Shown piece after piece: positions 45,552-55,579 of a stretch of 59,271 nucleotides of DNA. The position numbers and the translations under genes were made by a program. The DNA lies in NCBI GenBank assembly GCA_903845295.1, contig CAIMWV010000030.1:1-59271 (forward strand). The letters run 5' to 3'. The notes beneath the pieces were generated by a model. That model was given only the letters and a program-made list of their open reading frames with translations, was not told where the DNA came from and searched no databases. The stretch comes from Candidatus Staskawiczbacteria bacterium (GTDB lineage Bacteria > Patescibacteriota > Minisyncoccia > Minisyncoccales > Staskawiczbacteraceae). Positions within the stretch are counted from its first letter, which is position 1, and the number at the start of each line of letters is the position of its first letter.

Positions 45552-45587
45552 GGCAGAGAAATTGTTGTTTCTCTGCCTCTTTTTTTT
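45552..45587 (+). terminator. Intrinsic terminator after purD
   Basis: GGCAGAGAAA-TTGTTG-TTTCTCTGCC then a T-rich run. Confidence 0.85.
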
Positions 45588-45695
45588 CTTGCACCCTTCA
45601 TCTCGCACCCTTCATATAGAAATTATATAAAAGGCTGTATAAAGATTTTATATAAGGCTGTGTATTTATTTTTAATAATGGGTTAAAATAGAATA

Positions 45696-46352
45696 ATGGC
45701 AAAAAGCAGAAAAGCTGTTACAAAAACAAGAAGAACACAATTTGTTTTAATGGTTGTAATTATTCTGCTGATTTTATCGGCTGGGTTTTTTGCGTACAGC
45801 CATTTTTTTTCGAGCAAACCCGACAACTATCTTATTGAAAACAAATATTACGGTTTTAAATTACAAACGCCGAAAAACTGGATTGCAGAAGAAAAGACAA
45901 TTTATTCAGAAGATAATATAACTCAAATCCTGGCACAATGTAAAAATGATGAATCATCCGGAGCACCTGTTCATGAAATCGGAAGATTCAGATTTGAAGA
46001 CAAAAAATACCCCGATGGTCTAGGAGATTCGGGATCTTTTCCTGCCGGGCTTCCAGGCGGAGTTATTTTAGAAATAGCAGTTAATTGCGTTCCTGACAGC
46101 ATAAAAAGCAAAATCGGAAATTATTCAGGCAATCTTAAAATAGCCGGCGAACAAGCATTTGAAGAATTTTTGAATTTGCCCGGATTCGGGAAGACAGCGT
46201 CTTTTTATTTTTTGCATAATGGTTTTCAATATAAAATCAACGAATATGTTTATATTTCACCTAGCGACAAAGTTAAAAATGAAGACAAAATAAGGGAAAA
46301 TTATAATGCTGAATTTGACAAAATAACTTCCAGCTTCAAATTCGTGAAATGA
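45696..46352 (+). CDS. Hypothetical membrane-anchored exported protein
   Basis: Basic N-terminus, one TM, YGFKLQTPKNW... FDKITSSFKF (PsbP-like pattern). Confidence 0.7.
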   Translation: MAKSRKAVTKTRRTQFVLMVVIILLILSAGFFAYSHFFSSKPDNYLIENKYYGFKLQTPKNWIAEEKTIYSEDNITQILAQCKNDESSGAPVHEIGRFRFEDKKYPDGLGDSGSFPAGLPGGVILEIAVNCVPDSIKSKIGNYSGNLKIAGEQAFEEFLNLPGFGKTASFYFLHNGFQYKINEYVYISPSDKVKNEDKIRENYNAEFDKITSSFKFVK

Positions 46353-46765
46353 CAATAGAAATAAATAACCTTACAAACTTTGCTGTGGATAAAAAAGTTT
46401 TTTCCACAGTTGCAAAAAAAGTATTAAAAGGCGAAAATAGAGAAACAGAAGCAGTATCCTTGGCCTTTGTTGATAAAGAAGAGATAAGGAAGGTTAATAA
46501 AAAATTCCGGAAAAAAAACAGAGCGACAGATGTTTTGTCTTTTTTGCTTAATGAAAAACAATGTTTGGGGGAAATAATTATTTGTCCTGAAATTGTAAAA
46601 AAGAATGCAAAGGAATACGGAGTTTCTGCAAAAGAAGAAATGTTGAAGGTGTTTGTCCACGGAATTTTGCATTTATGCGGATATGACCATGAAAAATCAA
46701 AAAAAGAAGCAGAGGAAATGGAAAAAAAACAAGAAAAATACTTAAGTCACATAAATTTAAAATAA
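46349..46765 (+). CDS. ybeY: rRNA maturation RNase YbeY
   Basis: ATDVLSF, LGEIIICP, HGILHLCGYDH. Confidence 0.95.
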   Translation: MTIEINNLTNFAVDKKVFSTVAKKVLKGENRETEAVSLAFVDKEEIRKVNKKFRKKNRATDVLSFLLNEKQCLGEIIICPEIVKKNAKEYGVSAKEEMLKVFVHGILHLCGYDHEKSKKEAEEMEKKQEKYLSHINLK

Positions 46766-46780
46766 ATTAAATTAAATTAA

Positions 46781-48004
46781 ATGTCTAAGGGTAATATTGT
46801 TACAGGCTTAGATATAGGGACATACAGCATTAAGGCGCTGGTGGCTCAAGGGAAAGGAAAAGATTGGGAGGTTTTGTCATATGCAGAAATTCCTTCTTTC
46901 GGACTCCGTAAAGGGGCAGTGGTTTCAGTTGAAGAAACTTCAAAAAATGTGCAGATGATAATGTCCGGGATTGAAAAAGATTGCAATAGAAAAATCCACG
47001 ATGTTTTTGTTAATATAGGCGGCAGTCATTTATATGTTACCCCCTCTGATGGAATAATCTCTGTTTCAAGGGCGGATAATAGAATTTCTAAAGAAGATAT
47101 TGAAAGAGTTTTACAGGCGACACAGGCTGTAAATATCCCTTCTAATGAACAAGTGTTGAAAGTTTTTCCAAGAGAATATATTATTGACGATCAAAAAGGG
47201 ATAAAAGATCCGGAAGATTTAACAGGCGTAAGGCTGGAGGCAAAAGTTTTGTTGCTTTGCGTTTTTTCTCCTTATTTTTTAAAGCTTACACAATCTGTTT
47301 TAAATGCAAAGCTTCAGATAAACGACGTGATACCCTCTCCTCTGGCAGCCGCTAACGCCGTTTTAACTCCCCAGCAAAAAGAATTAGGGGTTGCTTTAAT
47401 TGATATGGGAGCTGCCACAACATCTTTGGCAGTTTTTGAAGAAGGAGAGCTGATACATCTGGCTGTTTTTCCTATCGGGTCAGCCAATATTACAAACGAT
47501 ATTGCAATAGGCCTTAAAACAGAAGTTGCAATCGCAGAGTCAATTAAAAAACAGCACGGTACGTGCATGTTTGCCAAAACAGATAAAGATAAAACAGCTC
47601 AGTCAAGGAAAAAAATTGAAGTTTTTGACAAATCATCTTCGCTTAATTTTACAAAAAAAAATTTGGTGGATATTATCGAGCCCAGAGTTTCTGAAATTTT
47701 AGACATAATCCAAAAAGAACTGAAAAAAATTAACAGGCAGGAGTTGCTTCCTGGAGGGGTTGTTTTAACCGGAGGAGGGGCTAAAATGCCAAAAATAAAA
47801 GAGCTTACAAAAGAAACATTAAAACTTGCCTGCGAAATAGGAACACCCAAAGGCATTATAGGCTTGCAAGACGATCCTGCTTTAGCTACTGTGGCAGGTT
47901 TAGTCTTCGAGGGGGTTGATTCTGGCGAAGAAGGGGGTATACTGGGAGGTGCGGGGAAATTAGGTTCTGTATTTAAGAAAATTTTCAGAGCCTTTAAACC
48001 TTGA
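46781..48004 (+). CDS. ftsA: Cell division protein FtsA
   Basis: GLDIGT, G.RKG.V, IDMGAATT, IGSANIT.DIA, VLTGGGAK, C-terminal amphipathic helix. Confidence 0.95.
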   Translation: MSKGNIVTGLDIGTYSIKALVAQGKGKDWEVLSYAEIPSFGLRKGAVVSVEETSKNVQMIMSGIEKDCNRKIHDVFVNIGGSHLYVTPSDGIISVSRADNRISKEDIERVLQATQAVNIPSNEQVLKVFPREYIIDDQKGIKDPEDLTGVRLEAKVLLLCVFSPYFLKLTQSVLNAKLQINDVIPSPLAAANAVLTPQQKELGVALIDMGAATTSLAVFEEGELIHLAVFPIGSANITNDIAIGLKTEVAIAESIKKQHGTCMFAKTDKDKTAQSRKKIEVFDKSSSLNFTKKNLVDIIEPRVSEILDIIQKELKKINRQELLPGGVVLTGGGAKMPKIKELTKETLKLACEIGTPKGIIGLQDDPALATVAGLVFEGVDSGEEGGILGGAGKLGSVFKKIFRAFKP

Positions 48005-48038
48005 ATTCCGTTCAAGGTTTTTCAAACCCCGAAACTCT

Positions 48039-48959
48039 ATGAATCCGATTATAAAAGTTATTGGCGCAGGCGGTTCTGGATCTAATACCGTTTCGCGCAT
48101 GGCAAAGTTTGATATTGCAGGAGTTGAATTGATTGCCGTGAACACCGATGCGCAGGCTTTGTATTTTTCCAAAGCGGATAAAAAGCTATTGATAGGAAAA
48201 GATCTCACAAAAGGGCTCGGTACCGGCATGGACGCGGATTTGGGCAGGCGCTCAGCAGAAGAATCTAAAAAAGAAATTTCAGAAAATTTAAAAGGGGCAG
48301 ATATGGTTTTTGTGACCTGCGGGCTTGGCGGTGGCACAGGAAGCGGAGCTTCGCCAATCATTGCTGAGATTTCAAGGAGTCTCGGCATTTTAACTATAGC
48401 GGTAGTCACAACTCCTTTTTCCTTTGAGGGCTTGGAAAGAAAAAAAATAGCAGGAGAGGCCCTGAAAAATTTAAAAGAAAAAGTAGATTCTTTATTGATT
48501 ATTTCCAATGACAAGCTTTTAAAAATTATTGATGAAAAAACCACGGTATCAAACGCATTTTTAATTTGCGATGATGTTTTAAGGGAAGCCGTACAATCAA
48601 TAACTGATTTAATTTTAGTGCCAGGAATAATAAATATTGATTTTGCGTCGGTTTTGTCTGTTATGAAGAATTCCGGCCAGGCTTTATTCGGCGTAGGCAA
48701 AAAATCAGGAGAGAATCGTGCAGTTTTAGCATCAGAAAGCGCAATTAATTCTCCATTATTAGATTCTTCGATTAAGGGAGCCAAAGCAGTTTTGTTTTCT
48801 GTTTCCGGAAACGATATTACCCTAAACGAAATTCAGGAAGCAGCTAAAATTATCACTAAAAATGCCGACCCCAAAGCTCAAATAATTTTCGGCGCGGTAA
48901 AAGACAAGAATCTTAAAAAAGGAGAAATAAAAATTACCGTAATCGCAACAAAGTTTTAA
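48039..48959 (+). CDS. ftsZ: FtsZ homolog, 306 aa, atypical
   Basis: VIGAGGSG, NTDAQAL, GLGGGTGSG, PFSFEG; T7 loop INIDFAS; no C-terminal tail. Confidence 0.9.
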   Translation: MNPIIKVIGAGGSGSNTVSRMAKFDIAGVELIAVNTDAQALYFSKADKKLLIGKDLTKGLGTGMDADLGRRSAEESKKEISENLKGADMVFVTCGLGGGTGSGASPIIAEISRSLGILTIAVVTTPFSFEGLERKKIAGEALKNLKEKVDSLLIISNDKLLKIIDEKTTVSNAFLICDDVLREAVQSITDLILVPGIINIDFASVLSVMKNSGQALFGVGKKSGENRAVLASESAINSPLLDSSIKGAKAVLFSVSGNDITLNEIQEAAKIITKNADPKAQIIFGAVKDKNLKKGEIKITVIATKF

Positions 48960-49018
48960 AAAATGGCAAAAAATGGCGTTTTTTATTTTTTCTATACAAA
49001 ATGGGGTGCAATAATTAG

Positions 49019-49077
49019 TTATCCACAGATTTTGTATTGAAAGTGGGATTTGACACGATTTTTTGTTGGAGTAAAAT
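49019..49077 (+). promoter_or_regulatory. DnaA box plus promoter upstream of nrdD
   Basis: Perfect TTATCCACA at 49019-49027; TTGACA (49050)-16 nt-TAAAAT (49072). Confidence 0.6.
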
Positions 49078-49191
49078 GTAGTAATGAATAGATTTTCCAC
49101 TTAAAAGTTTTTTATTCTAAAGATTTTTAAGTTTAAAAATTAATGAAAGCCGTAAGGCATTTTTTTATCCCTAATTTGTCCCTAAATTATT

Positions 49192-51348
49192 ATGGAAGCA
49201 GAATTAAAAGTAAAAAATAATATAAGCAAAATCCAAAAGAGAGACGGAAGAGTCGTTGATTTTGAGCAGGAAAAAATTTCCAATGCAATCCACAAGGCTG
49301 TTGTCGCGGCGAACCAGGGAGACGGAGAAGTTTCAAAAAAAGTTTCCGATAAAGTTGTCAGTTTGCTGAACCGCAGGTTTAAAAAAGGCGAGATCCCGAA
49401 TATTGAGCAGATCCAAGACATTGTTGAAGAGGCGCTGATGCTGGAGGATCTGATTGAAACTGCCAAAGCTTATATTTTATATAGAGAGCAAAGAAGAGCC
49501 ATCCGTGAGGCGGCAAAAGTTAGCGATGAATCTTCGGAAAAAATAGACAGTTATTTAAAAGAGGTTGATTGGCAGGTTAAAGAAAACGCCAATATGACTT
49601 TTTCTCTGCAGGGATTAAACCAGTATGTAGGATCTTATATTTCAAAAAAATATTGGTTAAATAAAATTTATCCAAAAGAAATAAGAGAAGCGGCGGCCAA
49701 TGAAGATTTTCATATCCATAATTTAGAATTGCTCGCACCGTATTGCGCCGGATGGGATTTATACGATTTTTTAATAAAGGGTTTTGGCGGAGTGCCAGGA
49801 AAAATAGAATGCAGGCCTCCGAAGCATTTCAGAACCGCATTGGGGCAGCTGGTGAATGTTTTGTTTACGTTGCAGGGAGAAATAGCCGGAGCAAATGCTG
49901 TTTCAAATTTTGATACGCTTTTAGCCCCGTTCATCAGATATGACAATTTAAACTACCAGCAAGTAAAACAATCAATGCAGGAATTTTTATATAATTGCAT
50001 GGTGCCTACCCGCGTAGGTTTTCAAACGCCGTTTTTGAATGTGTCTTTAGACATCAAGCCACCGGCATTTTTAGCTAAACAGCCCGTAATTATAGGAGGC
50101 GAACCGCAAAACGAAACTTATGGAGATTTCCAGCCGGAAATGGATATGTTCATCAAGGCATTTTATGAAGGGTTGATGGAAGGAGATGCATCCGGCCGGC
50201 CGTTTACTTTTCCAATCCCGACGGTTTCAATTACCAAGGATTTTGAATGGGATAATCCGAATTTGACAACAATGTGGGAAGCAACGGCAAAATACGGCAT
50301 TAATTATTTTTCAAATTTTATCCATTCTGATATGAATCCGGATGACGCAAGGTCAATGTGCTGCCGGTTGCGCCTTGATAATAGGGAGCTTTATAAAAGA
50401 GGAGGAGGATTATTCGGATCTTCCCCAAAAACAGGATCGATCGGGGTGGTTACAATCAATCTGCCAAGAATCGGATATACTTCCAAAACAAAAACAGAAT
50501 TCTTTGACCGCCTGGGATATTTAATGGATTTGGCGAAAGAAAGTCTGGAAATAAAAAGAAAAGCTTTGGATAATTTTATGGAAAAAGGCCTTTACCCGTA
50601 TTCAAGGCATTATTTGGAGGATATGAAAAAAATGAGGAATTCTTATTTTGGAAACTACTTTTCAACCATAGGAATTTGCGGAATGAATGAAGCTTTGCTT
50701 AATTTTTTGGATGAAGATATCACAACTCCGAAAGGCAGGAAATTTGCCATTGAAGTGCTTGATTTCATGAGAAAAAAAATGGTGAAGTTCCAGGAGGATA
50801 CAGGGAACCTGTATAATCTTGAAGCTACTCCGGCAGAAGGCACAAGCTACAGGCAGGCAAAAACCGACAGAGAAAAATATCCTGACATTATTGCCGCGGG
50901 CACGAAAGAGGTTCCTTATTATACAAACTCAAGCCAGCTGCCGGTTGGTTTTACAGATGATGTTTTTGGAGCACTTGATTTGCAGAACGATATCCAGACA
51001 AAATATACGGGCGGAACTGTTTTACACATATTTTTAGGGGAAAAAGTTTCAGATCCTTCAATGGCAAAAAATCTGGTCAAAAAAATATTTGAAAATTACA
51101 GTTTGCCATACATTACTTTAACCCCGACATTTTCAATCTGCCCGACGCACGGCTATCTTTCAGGCGAACATTTTGAATGTCCTCAATGCACGATAAAACA
51201 GCCCTGTGAAGTCTATTCAAGGGTTGTGGGCTATATAAGGCCTGTCCAGCAATGGCATAAGGGAAAACAAGAAGAATATAAGGAAAGAAAGGAGTTTTCC
51301 TTCCCAGCAGAAATAGCAGAAAAAGTAGAGGAAAAAGTAAAAGTATAA
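49192..51348 (+). CDS. nrdD: Anaerobic (class III) ribonucleoside-triphosphate reductase with ATP cone
   Basis: IQKRDG...F...KI ATP cone; SMCCRL; EATPAEG; TPTFSICPTHG..CPQC; YSRVVGY glycyl-radical motif. Confidence 0.96.
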   Translation: MEAELKVKNNISKIQKRDGRVVDFEQEKISNAIHKAVVAANQGDGEVSKKVSDKVVSLLNRRFKKGEIPNIEQIQDIVEEALMLEDLIETAKAYILYREQRRAIREAAKVSDESSEKIDSYLKEVDWQVKENANMTFSLQGLNQYVGSYISKKYWLNKIYPKEIREAAANEDFHIHNLELLAPYCAGWDLYDFLIKGFGGVPGKIECRPPKHFRTALGQLVNVLFTLQGEIAGANAVSNFDTLLAPFIRYDNLNYQQVKQSMQEFLYNCMVPTRVGFQTPFLNVSLDIKPPAFLAKQPVIIGGEPQNETYGDFQPEMDMFIKAFYEGLMEGDASGRPFTFPIPTVSITKDFEWDNPNLTTMWEATAKYGINYFSNFIHSDMNPDDARSMCCRLRLDNRELYKRGGGLFGSSPKTGSIGVVTINLPRIGYTSKTKTEFFDRLGYLMDLAKESLEIKRKALDNFMEKGLYPYSRHYLEDMKKMRNSYFGNYFSTIGICGMNEALLNFLDEDITTPKGRKFAIEVLDFMRKKMVKFQEDTGNLYNLEATPAEGTSYRQAKTDREKYPDIIAAGTKEVPYYTNSSQLPVGFTDDVFGALDLQNDIQTKYTGGTVLHIFLGEKVSDPSMAKNLVKKIFENYSLPYITLTPTFSICPTHGYLSGEHFECPQCTIKQPCEVYSRVVGYIRPVQQWHKGKQEEYKERKEFSFPAEIAEKVEEKVKV

Positions 51349-51357
51349 TTTCAAATG

Positions 51358-51385
51358 AAAAATCGCTTTGTAAAAGGCGATTTTT
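51358..51385. terminator. Terminator-like hairpin between nrdD and nrdG
   Basis: AAAAATCGCTTT-GTAA-AAGGCGATTTTT. Confidence 0.6.
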
Positions 51386-51402
51386 TAATGTAATATACAA
51401 AT

Positions 51403-52107
51403 ATGTTAATTGCCGGTTTGCAAAAAACAACTTTAATAGATTATCCGGGCAAAATCGCCTGCGTAGTTTTTTTGGCCGGCTGCAATTTCAGGTGTCCCTG
51501 GTGTTATTCTTCAGAACTAGTTTTACCGTTGAAAATTGTTAAACAACCTATAATTTCAGAACAGGAATTTTTTAATTTTTTGAGAGAAAGGCAAGGCTTG
51601 TTAGAAGGCGTTGTAATTTGCGGGGGAGAGCCGACAATAAACAAAGGTCTCCTCCAGTTTATAGAAAAAATAAAACATTTAAGATATTCAATAAAATTGG
51701 ACACCAATGGATCAAATCCAAAAATATTAAAAGATTTAGTCAGCACGAAGCTGATAGACTATGTGGCAATGGATATTAAAATCGCGCCGGAAAATCCTGT
51801 TTATCAAAATCTTATGACCGAAGGGATTACGCTAGATAATATAAAAGAAAGCGTGGAATTTTTGAAAAAAGGAAACATTGATTGGGAGTTCCGCACCACT
51901 GTGGTCAATACGATCCATAAAAGAGATGATTTTTTGAAAATCGCAAGATGGATTGGAGGGCCAAATGTTAAATATTATCTGCAAAACTTCAGAGCAGAAA
52001 AAACAATTGACCCGGAATTTGAAAAAATAAAACCATTCAAAAAAGAATTTTTGGAAGAGATAGCAAAAGAGGTTTCTCCATATTTTAAAATTTGCCAAGT
52101 AAGATGA
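51403..52107 (+). CDS. nrdG: Class III RNR activating enzyme (radical SAM)
   Basis: GCNFRCPWC (CxxxCxxC), GGEPT, KLDTNG; next to nrdD. Confidence 0.92.
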   Translation: MLIAGLQKTTLIDYPGKIACVVFLAGCNFRCPWCYSSELVLPLKIVKQPIISEQEFFNFLRERQGLLEGVVICGGEPTINKGLLQFIEKIKHLRYSIKLDTNGSNPKILKDLVSTKLIDYVAMDIKIAPENPVYQNLMTEGITLDNIKESVEFLKKGNIDWEFRTTVVNTIHKRDDFLKIARWIGGPNVKYYLQNFRAEKTIDPEFEKIKPFKKEFLEEIAKEVSPYFKICQVR

Positions 52108-53576
52108 GTCCGTCTAAAATATTATTTTTTCTTTGTCTTTCTTTTGTTGCAGGAATATTTTTAGAATCAGTAATAAAAATCCCGCAAGTTTTCTTGTGGG
52201 ATTTTTTATCGGTAATTTTTTTGGCAATTATTATTTTTCTTCTAATAAAAAAAGATATTTTGACGATTGCCGGATTCTGTCTGTTATTTCTAGTAATCGG
52301 AATTTTGCGAGTACAAATTTCTGAATTTAACATTGCAAATGATAAGTTGAGCAAATTTAACGGAAAAGGGCAGATTGTTTTGACTGGCATGGTTTCTGAT
52401 GAGCCGGATGTCAGAGATACTTCTCAGAAGATTAAGGTAAAAGTTTCAGATAGTTTAATTTTAGTAACAACAAAAAGATACCCAGAATATCAATATTTGG
52501 ACAAAATAAAGCTTACAGGAAAATTAGAAACTCCGATGGTGGCTGATGATTTTAACTATAAAGATTATTTGTTGAAAGACCATATTTATTCTGTGATGAA
52601 TTTTCCTAAGGTTGATGTGGTTTCTCAAGAGCATCGGTACGATGTTTTTTCGTATTTATATGAGAAAATTTTATTTTTAAAACAAAAATTAAACCAAAGC
52701 ATACAAGACAACTTTTTGCCGCCCCATAGTTTAATTTTAGAGGGAATAATTTTGGGTAACAATAAGAATATGACTCAGGACCTAAGGGATAAGCTTAATA
52801 ATACGGGTCTGCGCTTTTTAACGGCTATTTCGGGTGTGCACGTGATTATTTTAAGCGCTATTTTAATATCGCTTATGTTGTTTTTAGGTCTTAGGCGTAA
52901 TCACGCTTTTTATTTTTCAATTATTCTTATATGGTTTTATATTGTAATAACTGGTTTTACTGCATCCGGCATCAGGGCGGCAACAATGGGCAGTATCTTT
53001 ATTTTTGCAGAAGTTTTCGGCAGGCAAAATACTAGTTCAAGAACTATAGTTTTGGCCGCGGCCTTAATGCTTCTGCAAAATCCATTGCTTTTAATTTATG
53101 ATGTTGGTTTTCAGCTTTCATTTATGGCTTGTCTTGGAATTATTTATTTAAAGCCGTCGATCAATTATTTATTGAAAATTTTGTTTAAAGAAAGATTGAA
53201 AAAGTTGGTAGACATTATTTCGGTTACTTTTACTGCCCAGATTTTTACTTTGCCGATTATGATTTATAATTTTGGCAGCGTGTCTTTGATATCTCCTATA
53301 ACCAATATCTTGATTTTACCAGTCATGCCGTGGATTCTATCGTTTGGTTTTATATTTTCCATTATGGGAGCGTTATCTAAATTTTTGGGCTGGATATTGT
53401 TTGTGCCGTGTTGGATTTTAATTGCATATTTTTTAAAAGTTATGGATTTATTCTCACAGCCGTGGATGGCAAAACCCATTACAAATGTTTCTTGGATTTG
53501 GCTTTTAATCTCTTATTTTGTCATCGGACTTGCCACATGGTTTTTAAATGAAAAATACAGTCCCAAAATTGTATAA
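52104..53576 (+). CDS. comEC: ComEC/Rec2 competence channel (no MBL domain)
   Basis: DUF4131-like OB region; AISGVHV, S.IRA..M, DVGFQLSF, N.L..P; ATGA overlap with nrdG. Confidence 0.92.
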   Translation: MSPSKILFFLCLSFVAGIFLESVIKIPQVFLWDFLSVIFLAIIIFLLIKKDILTIAGFCLLFLVIGILRVQISEFNIANDKLSKFNGKGQIVLTGMVSDEPDVRDTSQKIKVKVSDSLILVTTKRYPEYQYLDKIKLTGKLETPMVADDFNYKDYLLKDHIYSVMNFPKVDVVSQEHRYDVFSYLYEKILFLKQKLNQSIQDNFLPPHSLILEGIILGNNKNMTQDLRDKLNNTGLRFLTAISGVHVIILSAILISLMLFLGLRRNHAFYFSIILIWFYIVITGFTASGIRAATMGSIFIFAEVFGRQNTSSRTIVLAAALMLLQNPLLLIYDVGFQLSFMACLGIIYLKPSINYLLKILFKERLKKLVDIISVTFTAQIFTLPIMIYNFGSVSLISPITNILILPVMPWILSFGFIFSIMGALSKFLGWILFVPCWILIAYFLKVMDLFSQPWMAKPITNVSWIWLLISYFVIGLATWFLNEKYSPKIV

Positions 53577-53634
53577 AAAAAAGTCTCCTTTTCAGGGGAG
53601 AAATATGGCTCTTAAAGCCCTGTTATGTCGCCAA

Positions 53635-54081
53635 CTAGCACTTTTCGAAAACAATTTCGGCGCGGCTCTCGTCGGAGAATCTGGCATAGTAGGACTCAAC
53701 CTTTATGCCCGGCATATGGTGCAAGAGAATATCGGTTGCCCTCGGCAAGTCTTTCTTTTCCTTGTCTTCCTTGTCGGGATGGTCGATGGTTTTATAGTAC
53801 CCGCAGTTCTGGTGTCCGACAAGGACAACCTTTCTTATAGTGTCAAAGTGCTCTAGGAAAAACTTTATCTGACTCATCAGATAGTGGAAGTCTTCAGGCT
53901 TCGCTTTCTGGTGCGCCAGCGCTGCCGGTCCGCCCGCAACATTGATCGGGACGAATTCTCCCTGGGCCAGCCCCAATTCTTCCGCTGTAAAGTCGCGGAA
54001 CGCAATCCGGAACCTCGGATCGCTACAGCGGAGTATGAGCACGCTTGGTTTAGGATCCCTGATTGCTTTGTAGCTCTTCAC
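53635..54081 (-). CDS. Beta-class carbonic anhydrase-like protein
   Basis: CSDPR (CxDxR) and HQNCG (HxxC) zinc ligands; SD AAGGAG before GTG at 54081. Confidence 0.75.
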   Translation of the reverse strand: MKSYKAIRDPKPSVLILRCSDPRFRIAFRDFTAEELGLAQGEFVPINVAGGPAALAHQKAKPEDFHYLMSQIKFFLEHFDTIRKVVLVGHQNCGYYKTIDHPDKEDKEKKDLPRATDILLHHMPGIKVESYYARFSDESRAEIVFEKC

Positions 54082-54231
54082 GGCTCGCTCCTTTTCCCTT
54101 ACAGATGTTCCGTTATTTGCGTCTTCCGTAACGCAAACAAATATATAATAACACATATTTGAGTTATTTTCAAGTATCTGGGGCTATCCTGTTAAAATTT
54201 TTTAATAAATAATGTATAATAATATAATATT

Positions 54232-55563
54232 ATGAAAACAGAGAAACAAACCAAAAAAAGCGAAAACTCTGAGTGCAGCAGAAAGGCATGGATTATAGCT
54301 GCAGATATGGGTTATGGCCACCAGCGAACAGCTTATCCATTAAGAGATATTGCTTTTGGGGGTAAAGTGATTAATGCCAATAGCTATCAGGGTATTCCTA
54401 AAAAAGACCAAAGGTTTTGGCGGCAGACGCGCTCCGTATACGAATTTATTTCGAGATTCAAAAAAATTCCCCTTTTGGGAACTTTGGCTTTTTCCATTTT
54501 AGACAGGTTCCAAAAAATTTCAACCTATTACCCTAAAAGAGATTTGTCTCGGCCGGATTTCGGCTTGAAAAATATTTTTTATTTTATCGAAAGGGGCTGG
54601 GGAAAAGATCTAATTGAAAGATTAAAGAAAAATCCTATCCCGATAGTATCTACTTTTTTTACCCCTGCTTTTATGGCAGAGGAGTTCAAATATTCCGGCC
54701 AGATTTACTGCGTAATTTGCGATGCAGATATCAACAGGTCCTGGGCGCCGATGGACCCCCAAAAAAGCAAAATTAAATATTTTGCTCCCTGTAGCTGGGT
54801 CAGAGACAGGTTAAAGCTTTACGGCGTAAAGCCCGAGCATATTTTTTTGACGGGATATCCACTGCCGAAAGAAAATATCGGAGAAAACCTGGGAATTTTA
54901 AAAGAGGATATGAGAAACCGGCTTATAAATTTAGATCCCAATAAAAACTACAGAAAAATATACGGGCCTTTGATTAAAGTTTCATTGGGGAAATTGCCGG
55001 AAAAGCCAAGCCATCCTCTTACGATTATGTTTTCCATAGGAGGAGCCGGTGCGCAGAAAGAGATTCCGTTAAATGCCGTAAACAGCCTGAAAAATAAGAT
55101 AAAAAACAAAAAATTAAGATTTATCATTGCTGTGGGGGTGAGAGAAGAACTGAGGAAATATTATGCAAAAAATATCAGAGATTTGAAGCTGGACAGCTGG
55201 GTGCATATACTTTCCGGGATAACAACGGACGAATATTTTAAAAATTTTAATGAAGCCCTCAGAGAGACGGATATTTTGTGGACAAAACCTTCAGAGCTTT
55301 CTTTTTATGCAGGCCTCGGAATTCCTATAATTATAGCTCCGACAATCGGCTCGCAAGAAGATTTTAATAAAAAATGGCTGTTGCATATCGGTGCTGCTTA
55401 TTCACAGGAAAATCCGAAATATGCAGACCAATGGCTTTATGATATGCTAAAATCGGGAGATTTAGCCGAAGCCGCAATGCGCGGTTTTATGGAAATAGAA
55501 ACAACCGGAGCATATAATATAGAGCAAATTGTAACTGCCGGAAACCATCCTTTAAAAAGTTAA
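54232..55563 (+). CDS. GT-B fold glycosyltransferase-like protein (MGDG synthase/GT28-like)
   Basis: DMGYGHQR, TFFTPA, LTGYP, IGGAG, LWTKPSELSFY, GSQE. Confidence 0.6.
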   Translation: MKTEKQTKKSENSECSRKAWIIAADMGYGHQRTAYPLRDIAFGGKVINANSYQGIPKKDQRFWRQTRSVYEFISRFKKIPLLGTLAFSILDRFQKISTYYPKRDLSRPDFGLKNIFYFIERGWGKDLIERLKKNPIPIVSTFFTPAFMAEEFKYSGQIYCVICDADINRSWAPMDPQKSKIKYFAPCSWVRDRLKLYGVKPEHIFLTGYPLPKENIGENLGILKEDMRNRLINLDPNKNYRKIYGPLIKVSLGKLPEKPSHPLTIMFSIGGAGAQKEIPLNAVNSLKNKIKNKKLRFIIAVGVREELRKYYAKNIRDLKLDSWVHILSGITTDEYFKNFNEALRETDILWTKPSELSFYAGLGIPIIIAPTIGSQEDFNKKWLLHIGAAYSQENPKYADQWLYDMLKSGDLAEAAMRGFMEIETTGAYNIEQIVTAGNHPLKS

Positions 55564-55579
55564 GCTCGGATAAAAAATC

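Noticed and set aside
46383-46410. DnaA-box-like words in ybeY suggesting oriC
   Set aside because: Inside a coding region, only one perfect box, no AT-rich unwinding element or dnaA nearby.
49053-49068. NrdR box upstream of nrdD
   Set aside because: Several mismatches to the consensus and no tandem second box; left as a weak remark only.
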